Assembly (NCBI GenBank): GCA_965116665.1
Contig: OZ220709.1
Coordinates: forward strand, 1,940,062 to 2,004,061
Source of the DNA: Acidimicrobiales bacterium
GTDB taxonomy: Bacteria > Actinomycetota > Acidimicrobiia > Acidimicrobiales > Aldehydirespiratoraceae
Direction: 5' to 3'
Length of the DNA stretch: 64,000 nt
The notes under the pieces were generated by a model. The model was not told the origin of the DNA and ran no database searches. It saw nothing but the letters and a program-made list of their open reading frames with translations. The position numbers and the translations under genes were made by a program. Shown piece after piece: positions 15,339-24,192 of this stretch (position 1 is the first letter of the stretch; each line of letters begins with the position of its first letter).

Positions 15339-17411
15339 ATGGCGCCGGTGACCGTTCCCAGCGACCGGCGGGCCTTCGAGGTGGTGGCCCCGTTCGAGCC
15401 CGCCGGCGACCAGCCCGGAGCCATCGAGGCGCTGGCCGAGGGCGTGGCCGAGGGGCACCGCTTCCAGACGCTGCTGGGCATCACCGGCTCGGGCAAGAGC
15501 GCCACCATCGCCTGGACCATCGAGCAGGCCCAAAGACCGACACTGGTTCTGGCCCCCAACAAGTCGCTGGCCGCCCAGCTGGCCAACGAGCTGCGGGAGC
15601 TGTTCCCGCACAACCGGGTGGAGTACTTCGTCAGCTACTACGACTACTACCAGCCCGAGGCGTACATGCCGGCCAGCGACACCTACATCGAGAAGGACTC
15701 GTCGGTGAACGACGAGATCGACCGGCTGCGCCACTCGGCCACGTCGGCCCTGCTCACCCGCCGCGACACCATCGTGGTGGCGTCGGTGTCGGCCATCTAC
15801 GGCCTGGGCTCGCCCGAGGAGTACGAGACCCAGCTGCTGGTGCTTCACGAGGGCGGCGAGTACGACCAGCGGTCGATACTGCGGCGCCTGGTGGACATGC
15901 AGTACGAGCGCAACGACATGAACCTGGTGCGGGGCAAGTTCCGGGTTCGGGGCGACACCATCGAGATCCATCCCGCCTACGACGAGACCCTGGTCCGGGT
16001 GGAGCTCTTCGGCGACGAGGTGGAGCGCATCACCGTGGTCGATCCGCTCACCGGCGAGCGGATCGAGACCCTCGAGGACCTGGTGGTGTTCCCGGCCACC
16101 CACTACGCCACCAGCGCGGCCCGGATGCAGGCCGCGGTCGAGCGCATCGAGGCGGAGCTGGCCGAGCGGCTGGCCCACTTCGAGGCCGAGGGCAAGCTGC
16201 TGGAGGCCCAGCGCCTGCAGATGCGCACCAGCTACGACCTGGAGATGATGGCCGAGCTGGGCTACTGCAACGGCATCGAGAACTACTCGGCGCCCATCGA
16301 CGGCCGGAGCCCGGGCGAGTCGCCGTACACGCTGCTCGACTACTTCCCCGGTGATTTCCTGATGGTGGTCGACGAGTCGCATGTGGCCGTGCCCCAGTTG
16401 CACGGCCAGTACGAGGGCGACCGTAGCCGCAAGGAGACCCTGATCGACCATGGCTTCCGGCTGCCGTCGGCGGCCGACAACCGGCCGCTGCGCTTCGACG
16501 AGGTGATGAGCCGGCTCAACCAGGTGATCTTCATGTCGGCCACGCCCGGGGCCTACGAGCTCGACGTGTCGGACCGGGTAGTGGAGCAGATCGTGCGGCC
16601 CACCGGCCTGGTGGATCCCGAGGTGGTGGTGAAGCCGACCAAGGGTCAGATCGACGACCTGCTGGACGAGATCTCGGCTCGCACGGACCGGGATCAGCGG
16701 GTGCTGGTGACCACCCTCACCAAGAAGATGGCCGAGGACCTGGCCGAGTACCTGCTGGAGCGGGGGCTGCGGGTGCGCTACCTGCACAGCGAGGTCGACA
16801 CCATCCAGCGCATCGAGATCCTGCGGGACCTCAGGCTGGGGGAGTTCGACGTGCTGGTCGGGATCAACCTGCTGCGGGAGGGCCTGGACCTGCCCGAGGT
16901 GTCGCTGGTGGCCATCCTCGACGCCGACAAGGAGGGCTTCCTGCGCAGCGAGACGTCGCTGATCCAGACCATCGGCCGGGCGGCCCGCAACGTCGACGGC
17001 CAGGTGATCATGTACGCCGACGAGGTGACCGACTCGATGCGCCGGGCCATCTCGGAGACGAACCGCCGCCGGGGCCTGCAGCAGGCCCACAACGAGGCCC
17101 ACGGGATCGATCCGACCACGATCCGCAAGGCGGTCACCGACATCCTGGCCATGATCCGGCCGGACCGCGACGGCGCTCCGGTGCCGGACGCCGACGTGGG
17201 CGGCGAATCGGGCGGGGGACTGGCCGAGGCCCGCCGCCGGCGGGAGGGCCCCGACCTGGGCGACCTGCCCGATGCCGAGCTGGAGCGCCTGATCCGCACG
17301 CTGGACGAGGAGATGCGCGAAGCCGCCGGCGACTTGCGATTCGAGTACGCGGCCCGCCTGCGCGACGAGATCAAGGACCTCCGCCGCGAACTAGCCGAGA
17401 TCCGCGGATAA
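15339..17411 (+). CDS. uvrB: excinuclease ABC subunit B
   Basis: 690 aa with GITGSGKS, helicase motifs, and the C-terminal UVR domain ([20 protein letters not shown]). Confidence 0.97.
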   Translation: MAPVTVPSDRRAFEVVAPFEPAGDQPGAIEALAEGVAEGHRFQTLLGITGSGKSATIAWTIEQAQRPTLVLAPNKSLAAQLANELRELFPHNRVEYFVSYYDYYQPEAYMPASDTYIEKDSSVNDEIDRLRHSATSALLTRRDTIVVASVSAIYGLGSPEEYETQLLVLHEGGEYDQRSILRRLVDMQYERNDMNLVRGKFRVRGDTIEIHPAYDETLVRVELFGDEVERITVVDPLTGERIETLEDLVVFPATHYATSAARMQAAVERIEAELAERLAHFEAEGKLLEAQRLQMRTSYDLEMMAELGYCNGIENYSAPIDGRSPGESPYTLLDYFPGDFLMVVDESHVAVPQLHGQYEGDRSRKETLIDHGFRLPSAADNRPLRFDEVMSRLNQVIFMSATPGAYELDVSDRVVEQIVRPTGLVDPEVVVKPTKGQIDDLLDEISARTDRDQRVLVTTLTKKMAEDLAEYLLERGLRVRYLHSEVDTIQRIEILRDLRLGEFDVLVGINLLREGLDLPEVSLVAILDADKEGFLRSETSLIQTIGRAARNVDGQVIMYADEVTDSMRRAISETNRRRGLQQAHNEAHGIDPTTIRKAVTDILAMIRPDRDGAPVPDADVGGESGGGLAEARRRREGPDLGDLPDAELERLIRTLDEEMREAAGDLRFEYAARLRDEIKDLRRELAEIRG

Positions 17412-17440
17412 CATGGGTTGTCAACTCATTATCATGAACT

Positions 17441-17707
17441 ATGCTGCCCTTCGTGACTGACACGCTCCCGTTCTCCGAGGTGAAGGCTCATCTCTCAGAG
17501 ATGGCCGATCGGGTGGAGCGTCAGCACGATCGCATCTTGGTGACCCGCAACGGCCGGCCCTCGTTCGTTCTGATGAGTCCCGACGACCTCGAATCGCTCG
17601 AGGAGACTCTCGACATCATGAGCGACCCGGAGCTGATGGAATCGATACGGGAGTCACGACGAGAAGCCGCCGATGGAAAGCTGCTGCGCCTGCGCGATCA
17701 CATCTGA
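17441..17707 (+). CDS. Phd/YefM-family antitoxin
   Basis: LPFSEVKAHLSEMADRVERQHDRILVTRNGRPSFVLMSPDDLESLEETLDI is the typical Phd/YefM sequence. Confidence 0.85.
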   Translation: MLPFVTDTLPFSEVKAHLSEMADRVERQHDRILVTRNGRPSFVLMSPDDLESLEETLDIMSDPELMESIRESRREAADGKLLRLRDHI

Positions 17708-17716
17708 GGGTCCTCG

Positions 17717-17980
17717 GTGTACGAGATCAAGATCGCGGCCGCGGGCCTCCGCCATCTCGACCGCCTGCCCGACAAGGTGCGCCAGGCCGCGCTGGAGACG
17801 ATCTTCGGCCCGATCGCCGAGAACCCTCATCGGGCCGGCAAGCCGCTCGGCGACGAACTCGAGGGATTGCGATCAGCTCGCCGCGGCGACTACCGCATCG
17901 TCTACGAGATCCTGGAGGACGAGTCGGTCGTCGTTGTCCACCGGGTCCAGCACCGCCGGCACGCCTACCGCCCAAGCTGA
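17717..17980 (+). CDS. RelE/ParE-family toxin
   Basis: 87 aa with a GTG start. LPDKVRQAALETIFGPIAENPHRAGKPL...GLRSARRGDYRIVYEILEDESVVVVHRVQHRRHAY is the RelE/ParE fold signature. Confidence 0.85.
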   Translation: MYEIKIAAAGLRHLDRLPDKVRQAALETIFGPIAENPHRAGKPLGDELEGLRSARRGDYRIVYEILEDESVVVVHRVQHRRHAYRPS

Positions 17981-18005
17981 CCAAGGCAACTCAGAACCGC
18001 CAGTC

Positions 18006-20063
18006 TCAGCCGTCGGACAGTGCCCTTCCGAGAATCTGCAGCCGCTCCGCGGTCACCGTGGGCGAGCACGCCAGCACGTAGCCCGTTGCCTCTTCACCCT
18101 GGATCGCGCCGATCAGCGGCGACGCAAGCGACTTCAAGAGACCCCGTATTTGGTGTTCGGATGCGACAGGCTTTCCCGCCTCTCGATAGAGCCTGCCGTG
18201 GAGGTCGCGAGCCGTTCGTGGACCCAAGTGTTCAGCCTCTTCACGAATGGCATCCAGGAGCTGCCTTGAAAGCGCCACGAGCCGATTGGCTTCATCGAAC
18301 CTCTTACGAACAGCCGACAGGTCGGTCCGGCCGCCGCTCTCAAACAAGACCCTGTAGTGATCGAGCCCAGGTGGCTGCTCGGCGTGACGGAGGCACAGAT
18401 CCGCCAGTTCCTCCGCGGACAAGACAGCAACTCCCAACTCCTCTGCTCGATTGAACAGCCGTCTTCCCGATGGATTCGGCCCAATCAGCATCAGAAAGTC
18501 TGCAGCGTGATTCCTGCGGTGATCGTCAAGCGCTAGCCAGTCAAACCCTTCCCTCAGCCCTCCAGAGCCAGAAGTCTTGGCGTCGATGGCCACGCTAAAG
18601 CTCGCATCGCGCCCAAGTTGAGCCTCCAGTAAGACATCCGTACGCCCCGAGCCGCCGAGATGTCTCGCGTTGAATCCGAGGAATCGAAACGCATCACGCA
18701 CCACCAACTCGAACTGAGTGTGGTTTGCACTGTCCGTCGAGGAAGCAAGTATCCGATCGACTAGTTCAGCGACCCCTCCGTTCGACTGAGCCTGCTCATG
18801 GTCTGACATCGGATCGGGGGGCTGCGGCTCCTCCTCGACGATGCCGCTGCTGAGCGGCTCAGTCTGGGGCTGCGGATCGATTGGGGGTTGCACCGATACG
18901 TGCTCCAAGAAATCTGTGCCCTTGTCGGTCCGGTGCAGGTGTCGGCTGCGCTTGTCATACCGAATCAGCCCCGCGGACTGGAGCCAGCCTCTTCGGTTCT
19001 CGATTTGCGTGGAGGTTTGCCAGCCCATCGAGTACCGCTCGCATGCAAGGCGATGTAGTTCGACTGTGGTTGTAGGTTCCTGAAGCACGCTCAGCATCTC
19101 ACCGACGAACTGCGCACTGAGGTGCAGCTGCACGATCACCCGGGTCGAGTCCCCATCCCGCAGCCAGGACTTCATGAAGTCGGGAAGAACAACACTGCCA
19201 GATTCGATCCGAAGGAAGCCAACCTTTTGGAGGAAGCTCAGCCTTGTCTCGACCGAAGTGCCAGTCAGCTTGAACCGATTAGCCATCCTGTTGGCGAACT
19301 CCGCCCGTGTCGGCGGAGCCTCCTCCAGGCTCTCCGCCAACCAGCGCAGCGAGTCCATGTAACCGGCATAACCGCCGGGCATTGGCAGCACGCCGCTTGC
19401 CCGATCCTCCCACGAGACGTGTGCAGCTCGCCTCATCGCTTCCGTCGTAGCCCGGCGCACACCGAGGCCCCCGAATGACGGCTCGACCGCCACGCACTCC
19501 AGGAACGCAGTGCCCTTATCGGTGCGATACAGAACCCCGTCGTTCCGGCGTCCCATAAGGCCCGCTGATTGGAGCCAGCCTCTGCGGTGGTCGATTTGGT
19601 TGTTTGTGCTCCAGCCCATCAGATACTGCTGATTCGCGTAGTCACGGAGATCCGCGGTCGCCATCGGGGCGTCCAGTGCCTTCAACATCTCACCGACAAA
19701 CTGAATCTTCAGGTGCATCGTCACCAGAAGAGGGGTCGAGTCTCGATCCAACAGCCAAGTCTTGATGACTTGGGGAAGGTGCAGTCCCTTCGGGTCCTCT
19801 AGCAGGAATCCCACCTTCGTCAGATAGCCCACGCGCAACTCTGCTGACTTGGCGCTGATGCCGAGATGGTCAGCGGCCTGGACAACGAGCTCCACCTTCG
19901 GGAGCGAACCATCACGCAAGATGTCAGCCACCTGCCGAAGCGAGTCAAGGTACCCGCGATAGCCGCCAACCAGGGGCATTACGCCCTTCGTGCGACGGTT
20001 CCAAGGCACCTTGACCGGCTGCGAAGAGTCCCGTTCGGCCGCCACGACGCCCAACCGTAGCAA
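18006..20063 (-). CDS. Mrr-type PD-(D/E)xK restriction-endonuclease-like protein with tandemly duplicated N-terminal winged-helix module
   Basis: 685 aa. Residues ~20-200 and ~215-395 are clear paralogous repeats: VPWNRRTKGVMPLVGGYRGYLDSLR... vs VSWEDRASGVLPMPGGYAGYMDSLR..., and ...DHRRGWLQSAGLMGRRNDGVLYRTDKGTAFLE vs ENRRGWLQSAGLIRYDKRSRHLHRTDKGTDFLE. A P/Q/E linker follows, then FELVVRDAFRFLGFNARHLGGSGRTDVLLEA...SVAIDAKTS (Mrr catalytic-domain-like D...D-x-K). Sampled lines are 55-60% G+C against ~67% in uvrB. Confidence 0.7.
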   Translation of the reverse strand: MLRLGVVAAERDSSQPVKVPWNRRTKGVMPLVGGYRGYLDSLRQVADILRDGSLPKVELVVQAADHLGISAKSAELRVGYLTKVGFLLEDPKGLHLPQVIKTWLLDRDSTPLLVTMHLKIQFVGEMLKALDAPMATADLRDYANQQYLMGWSTNNQIDHRRGWLQSAGLMGRRNDGVLYRTDKGTAFLECVAVEPSFGGLGVRRATTEAMRRAAHVSWEDRASGVLPMPGGYAGYMDSLRWLAESLEEAPPTRAEFANRMANRFKLTGTSVETRLSFLQKVGFLRIESGSVVLPDFMKSWLRDGDSTRVIVQLHLSAQFVGEMLSVLQEPTTTVELHRLACERYSMGWQTSTQIENRRGWLQSAGLIRYDKRSRHLHRTDKGTDFLEHVSVQPPIDPQPQTEPLSSGIVEEEPQPPDPMSDHEQAQSNGGVAELVDRILASSTDSANHTQFELVVRDAFRFLGFNARHLGGSGRTDVLLEAQLGRDASFSVAIDAKTSGSGGLREGFDWLALDDHRRNHAADFLMLIGPNPSGRRLFNRAEELGVAVLSAEELADLCLRHAEQPPGLDHYRVLFESGGRTDLSAVRKRFDEANRLVALSRQLLDAIREEAEHLGPRTARDLHGRLYREAGKPVASEHQIRGLLKSLASPLIGAIQGEEATGYVLACSPTVTAERLQILGRALSDG

Positions 20064-20267
20064 GGCCGTCGAACCACCTCCGTCCTAGAGCCGTACATGG
20101 TTGGCTCTAGTGCAGCACCGTCTGAGACGGGACAGCAAAGGTTGTTCGAGTTCCTGACCGCCGTGTCAGACGAGTTCCTCCCGATCGGAGATGCCCGCAT
20201 CAGCGCCAAGCCACCTATGTGGCTAGTGTGCTTGACTTATAGTGTCTAGGCTTGTAGCCAACCTCAC

Positions 20268-20468
20268 GTGAAGAAGCGAGAACTCATGAGTCGCATCAGA
20301 TCAATGGCCAACACTGGTGGAGTCGACCTCAGGTTCGTTCGCCAGGGTGGCAGTCATGAGATCTGGACACTGGGAGGGAAGAGACTCGTGATCCCGCGCC
20401 ACAGGGAGATAAACGAGCGAACCGCCGAGGGCATCCTCGCGGATGCGAGACGGATCACCGGACAATGA
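20268..20468 (+). CDS. hicA: HicA toxin
   Basis: 66 aa with a GTG start. RFVRQGGSHEIWTLGGKRLVIPRHREINERTAEGIL is the HicA/YcfA motif. About 52% G+C. Confidence 0.85.
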   Translation: MKKRELMSRIRSMANTGGVDLRFVRQGGSHEIWTLGGKRLVIPRHREINERTAEGILADARRITGQ

Positions 20469-20863
20469 CGATGGATCCGACGCATCAGGGCTACCGGGTC
20501 GATGCGGTTCGCTCCGGCGACTGGTGGGCGATCAGCGTGCCGGACCTGCGGGGAGTCTTCTCGCAAGCCAAGCGCTTGAACCGGGTCGAGGCGACGGCCC
20601 GCGAGGCAATAGCGATGATGCTCGACATCGAAGAGTCAGAGGTTGGGAACATCGACGTGCAGGTGCAGCCTCCACAGGAGGTAGCGGGCCTTCTGGACGA
20701 GCTGCACCACTCCGTCTCGGTCGCCGAGGAAGCGAGCGCAACCGCAGCGAGGGCGAGGCGGGAGGCGGCGAAGTTGCTCCGCGACGCTGGGTTCCCGATG
20801 CGCGACATCGGGCAACTCCTAGGCGTGTCCCATCAGCGCGTCAGCCAGATCCTCGCCCAGTAG
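20465..20863 (+). CDS. hicB: HicB antitoxin with C-terminal HTH
   Basis: Overlaps hicA by 4 nt. The N-terminus is a HicB fold (YRVDAVRSGDWWAISVPDLRGVFSQAKRLNRVEATAREAIAMML). The C-terminus is RDIGQLLGVSHQRVSQIL. Confidence 0.8.
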   Translation: MTMDPTHQGYRVDAVRSGDWWAISVPDLRGVFSQAKRLNRVEATAREAIAMMLDIEESEVGNIDVQVQPPQEVAGLLDELHHSVSVAEEASATAARARREAAKLLRDAGFPMRDIGQLLGVSHQRVSQILAQ

Positions 20864-20975
20864 CACTTCTCTCGACCTCTGTGTACCGCACTGGCACCGT
20901 CAGGCTTTGCCAAGATGTGAGCCGAAAGCCAGAATCTGCTGCCTCGTCGAGGTTGCGATGACCGGACCGCGAAGA

Positions 20976-21419
20976 TCAGGTTGCTTCGAAGACCTCGGCG
21001 CCGCTCCAGCAAGTCACCGTGTCCGGGTCGACGGCGATGCCGCCGCCGCAGGTGCACTTCGGACGCTCGTCGTCGAGGAGGCGGCCGTCTGCGTCCCACA
21101 GTTGGAACGTGTGGGCGCGCAGGGGTTCGCGGACGACTCTGAGCCAGCGGCCGCGGCCTCTGGCAGTGAGGGCCTCTATCAGTGCCGAGACCAAGTCCGG
21201 CGGTGGCGGCTCGTTGGTCTTGATCAGGTAGAACGTCCCACCGATGCCGAGTTCGTGGGGGCCGTCCTCGTACCTGTCGAGGTAGTCCACCGTGCGCTGG
21301 GGGCTGTAATCCGGCGGCGGCACGCCGTCGAGGGTCAGGGTCTGGCGTCCATCGGTGCGCATCGAATACAGATTCACCGCAACCCACGAGTCGCGGCCGA
21401 AGGGAATGGTGCCGGTCAT
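20976..21419 (-). CDS. hypothetical protein (147 aa)
   Basis: A clean ORF, divergent from the HNH gene across an AT-rich 115-bp spacer. I recognise no motif. Confidence 0.5.
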   Translation of the reverse strand: MTGTIPFGRDSWVAVNLYSMRTDGRQTLTLDGVPPPDYSPQRTVDYLDRYEDGPHELGIGGTFYLIKTNEPPPPDLVSALIEALTARGRGRWLRVVREPLRAHTFQLWDADGRLLDDERPKCTCGGGIAVDPDTVTCWSGAEVFEAT

Positions 21420-21498
21420 CAGCTTGCCTCCTCACGGGTCTGTCAGGTTTTGAATTGCAGGCTAGATGCTCTAATAGATTAATACAACATATAAATGC

Positions 21499-21534
21499 TT
21501 GACAAATGTCACACCCCTATGGCAGTATGTGAAC
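21499..21534 (+). promoter_or_regulatory. candidate sigma-70-type promoter of the DUF222-HNH gene
   Basis: TTGACA (21499-21504), an 18-nt spacer, CAGTAT, then 6 nt to the ATG at 21535, in an AT-rich spacer. The track's TTG start at 21499 is this -35 box. Confidence 0.4.
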
Positions 21535-22824
21535 ATGGTGTTGGAAGCGGCGCAGCGGGTGCGGGAGGGTCTGGCGGAGTTGATCCGTTTGGTCAACTCC
21601 GGGAGCGCATCGACCGTCGATGCTCGGCGAGTGCTGTCGGAGTCGAAGGCGTTCGCGGCGCAGGTGGCGGTGTTGCAGGCCGATGCGGCTGCGCTGGTCG
21701 CCGCCGCAGAGCAACACGGCGACGGCGGGTCCGGGGTGCTGGCCCAGGCCGCGGGGCTGGCCCGTAGGGATGCAGCCGTGCAGGTCAAGACCGTCGAGCA
21801 ACTGCAGTCGATGCCCGGCCTGCGCGATGCGGTGACGGGCGGCGAGATCCCGATGGCCAACGGCAAGACCCTCGCTCAGGCCTCAGAGAAGACCAGCGCT
21901 GATCAGGTCCGGCAGGACGGCGACCTGCTCGAGAAGGCCGCGTCGCTGTCGCCGGAGCAGTTCGTACGGGAGGCGAACCGGTGGGCCGCGCAGCGCCAGG
22001 ACGACGGCGGGGAGAGCTCCTACCGGCGTCAGCGGGCCCGCCGCCGGCTAAGTATCTGGACGGACGACGGCGACGGCATGGTCCATCTGCGGGGCGAACT
22101 CGATCCCGTAGCCGGAGCCAGGCTGCACAAGCGGCTCCTGAAGGAGGCCGAGCGGCTGCGACGATGCGACCTAAACAGGCCCGGCGGTGAGAAGCGCAGC
22201 CTCCGGCAGCGCCTTGCCGACGCACTGGACACGCTTAGTGCGACCGGCTCGAGTGGGGGGACCAGGGGGGCGCCTTCGGCTGACATCGCCATCGTGCAGC
22301 ATCTGGACCCGGACGGCGACAAGGCGTTCGCAGAGGTCGCCGGGGGCGGGGTGATCCCCCAGAGCGTGCTCGAGGAGCACTTCTGCAACGCCAGGATCGT
22401 GGGCGTGGTCTACAGCAGCAAGGGCGTGCCGTTGTGGCGGGGCCCGGCGCTGCCGCGGCCCACCAAGGCCCAGATGGACGCGCTGATCGCCCGCTACGGC
22501 GGATGCGGAGGCTGCAACGAGCACTACGCGGTGTGCCAGGCCCACCACATACGGCCCCGCTCTCAGGGCGGCCCGACTGACATCGACAATCTGATGCTGC
22601 TGTGCTGGGGGTGCCACGACAAGGTCCACCACCACGGCTGGCGAGTCGTGCCCAATGGCGACTTGCACACGATCGCGCCCCCCGAGCGCATCCGTCATGG
22701 CCCCGCCCGGGCGCCCGACCCGCCCCTGATCCACGGCCCGCCATGCCGTGGCTCATCGGGCGGCCGGCAATTGCCCGCTCGGGCGCCGACCTGGAACCCG
22801 ATCGTGTCGCCGCAGCTATGGTGA
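21535..22824 (+). CDS. DUF222 + HNH endonuclease (REP13E12-like family of Actinobacteria)
   Basis: C-terminal CGGCNEHYAVCQAHHIRPRSQGGPTDIDNLMLLCWGCHDKVHHHGW, preceded by the long helical N-terminal region typical of this family. Confidence 0.85.
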   Translation: MVLEAAQRVREGLAELIRLVNSGSASTVDARRVLSESKAFAAQVAVLQADAAALVAAAEQHGDGGSGVLAQAAGLARRDAAVQVKTVEQLQSMPGLRDAVTGGEIPMANGKTLAQASEKTSADQVRQDGDLLEKAASLSPEQFVREANRWAAQRQDDGGESSYRRQRARRRLSIWTDDGDGMVHLRGELDPVAGARLHKRLLKEAERLRRCDLNRPGGEKRSLRQRLADALDTLSATGSSGGTRGAPSADIAIVQHLDPDGDKAFAEVAGGGVIPQSVLEEHFCNARIVGVVYSSKGVPLWRGPALPRPTKAQMDALIARYGGCGGCNEHYAVCQAHHIRPRSQGGPTDIDNLMLLCWGCHDKVHHHGWRVVPNGDLHTIAPPERIRHGPARAPDPPLIHGPPCRGSSGGRQLPARAPTWNPIVSPQLW

Positions 22825-22828
22825 CGCC

Positions 22829-23179
22829 ATGACCGTGGCACGGAACGCCACCGCTGCGCACCTACGCCGCGGCGACACGATCACCGCCATTGCCGGCGAA
22901 CCGGTAGGCCGCGAGACCGTCGCCGCGATCACCCTCGAAGACGGCACGGCCACTATCACCACCCGCAGCGGACCGCAGAAGCGCCGCAACGTCCGCCAGC
23001 TACCGGCCACCGTCCCCGTCACCACGGACCCGCCGCTACCCGCGTGGCGCTATACCGACCGCCGCCACGAACCATCCGGCGCGTGGAACGCGAACGCCGC
23101 CGCGTTCGGGGTCGGGGTCGTGATGGGACTCGCCCGGACGGCGTCCGCACGATCAAGGTCCGCCGCTGCTAGGCGGTGA
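22829..23179 (+). CDS. hypothetical protein (116 aa)
   Basis: The ATG lies 4 nt after the HNH stop and GC3 is high. There is a possible C-terminal TM segment (AAAFGVGVVMGLA). No recognised motif. Confidence 0.4.
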   Translation: MTVARNATAAHLRRGDTITAIAGEPVGRETVAAITLEDGTATITTRSGPQKRRNVRQLPATVPVTTDPPLPAWRYTDRRHEPSGAWNANAAAFGVGVVMGLARTASARSRSAAARR

Positions 23180-23213
23180 TCGAGCATCAGAGCGGTGACG
23201 ACGCTGCGGTGGC

Positions 23214-24020
23214 ATGATCGGGGACGTGGCTGGCTCCCTGACAGCCGACTCGCATGCGCCCCGGCCGGAGGCGTCCGTGGCGACCGTGAGCGATATCGGG
23301 CCTCGGCGGGTGAACGAGGACCGGGCGCTGGCAGTGCTGAACGAGGACGACGGCAGCTGGGTCATCGCAGTGGCCGACGGGCTGGGCGGGCACACCCGCG
23401 GCGATGAGGCGGCCCAAGCTGCGATCGACGGGCTGCCCCGGCGGATTGCCAACGCCGACGAGATGGCGGTCGCCTTCGGGGAGGCCAACGAGCGGGTACT
23501 CGCGCTGACCGGCCCGGAAGACTGGCAGCGACGCCTGCCGCTGTTCATGTTTCCGATGAGCACCCTGACCGTGGCCTCCTGGACCCCCGAGGGCGGTCTC
23601 CTGATCGGTTGGATGGGCGACACGCTGCCGTTCGTGGCCACCGCCGGACCCGACGGCTTCTCGGGGTCCTGCTGCGGCCGGCCCCACCGGCAACCCGGCG
23701 GCAGCATCGACATCTGCCTGGGGATGCCGCCCATGGATGCCGAGGCCGGAGCCGGGTTCGTCGAGGTCGAGATGGTGGGGGAGTCCGGTGAAGGGTCACG
23801 GCCCGACGCGGTGATTCTCGCCAGCGACGGCGCCTGGGAGCCCTTCGTGTACCGGCACGGCACCGACTGGCTGTCGGACGACACCGCCACGGGCGGCATG
23901 GGCGCGGCCTGCGGACCCAGCGCCGACACTGCCGAGGACGTAGCCAAACACGTCCTGGCCGAGGCACTGGACTTGGGCCTCAACGACAACGCCACCATCG
24001 CAGTCGCCCTCTGGCGCTGA
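23214..24020 (+). CDS. PP2C-family Ser/Thr protein phosphatase
   Basis: VSDIGPRRVNEDR, VADGLGGHTRGDEAA, ILASDGAWEPF and NDNATIAVAL are the PP2C metal-binding motifs. Confidence 0.8.
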   Translation: MIGDVAGSLTADSHAPRPEASVATVSDIGPRRVNEDRALAVLNEDDGSWVIAVADGLGGHTRGDEAAQAAIDGLPRRIANADEMAVAFGEANERVLALTGPEDWQRRLPLFMFPMSTLTVASWTPEGGLLIGWMGDTLPFVATAGPDGFSGSCCGRPHRQPGGSIDICLGMPPMDAEAGAGFVEVEMVGESGEGSRPDAVILASDGAWEPFVYRHGTDWLSDDTATGGMGAACGPSADTAEDVAKHVLAEALDLGLNDNATIAVALWR

Positions 24021-24192
24021 CCCTCCGCGACTGGCGCCACCGAACGATTCGTGGCTAGCCCTTCGCGGGCTCGACACGCTGAGCGCCGACAACCGAGTCA
24101 ACGTCTCCCGGAGACCGGGGATCGGCGAGGCAAACGCGAGGCTATGAACATACGTTCGCCATGCTTGAAGGGCCAGCGGGTAGAGTCTGATC

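Noticed and set aside
17412-17440. A promoter for the Phd/RelE pair in the 29-bp gap after uvrB (TTGTCA ... TATCAT).
   Set aside because: The spacing between the two hexamers is only 6 nt, so they cannot be a -35/-10 pair. The pair may simply be read through from uvrB.
21499-21534. The TTG at 21499 as the start of the DUF222-HNH gene, as in the ORF track.
   Set aside because: That TTG is the first base of a consensus TTGACA box in an AT-rich spacer. The ATG at 21535 follows a matching -10, and the 12 extra residues (TNVTPLWQYVN) look non-coding.
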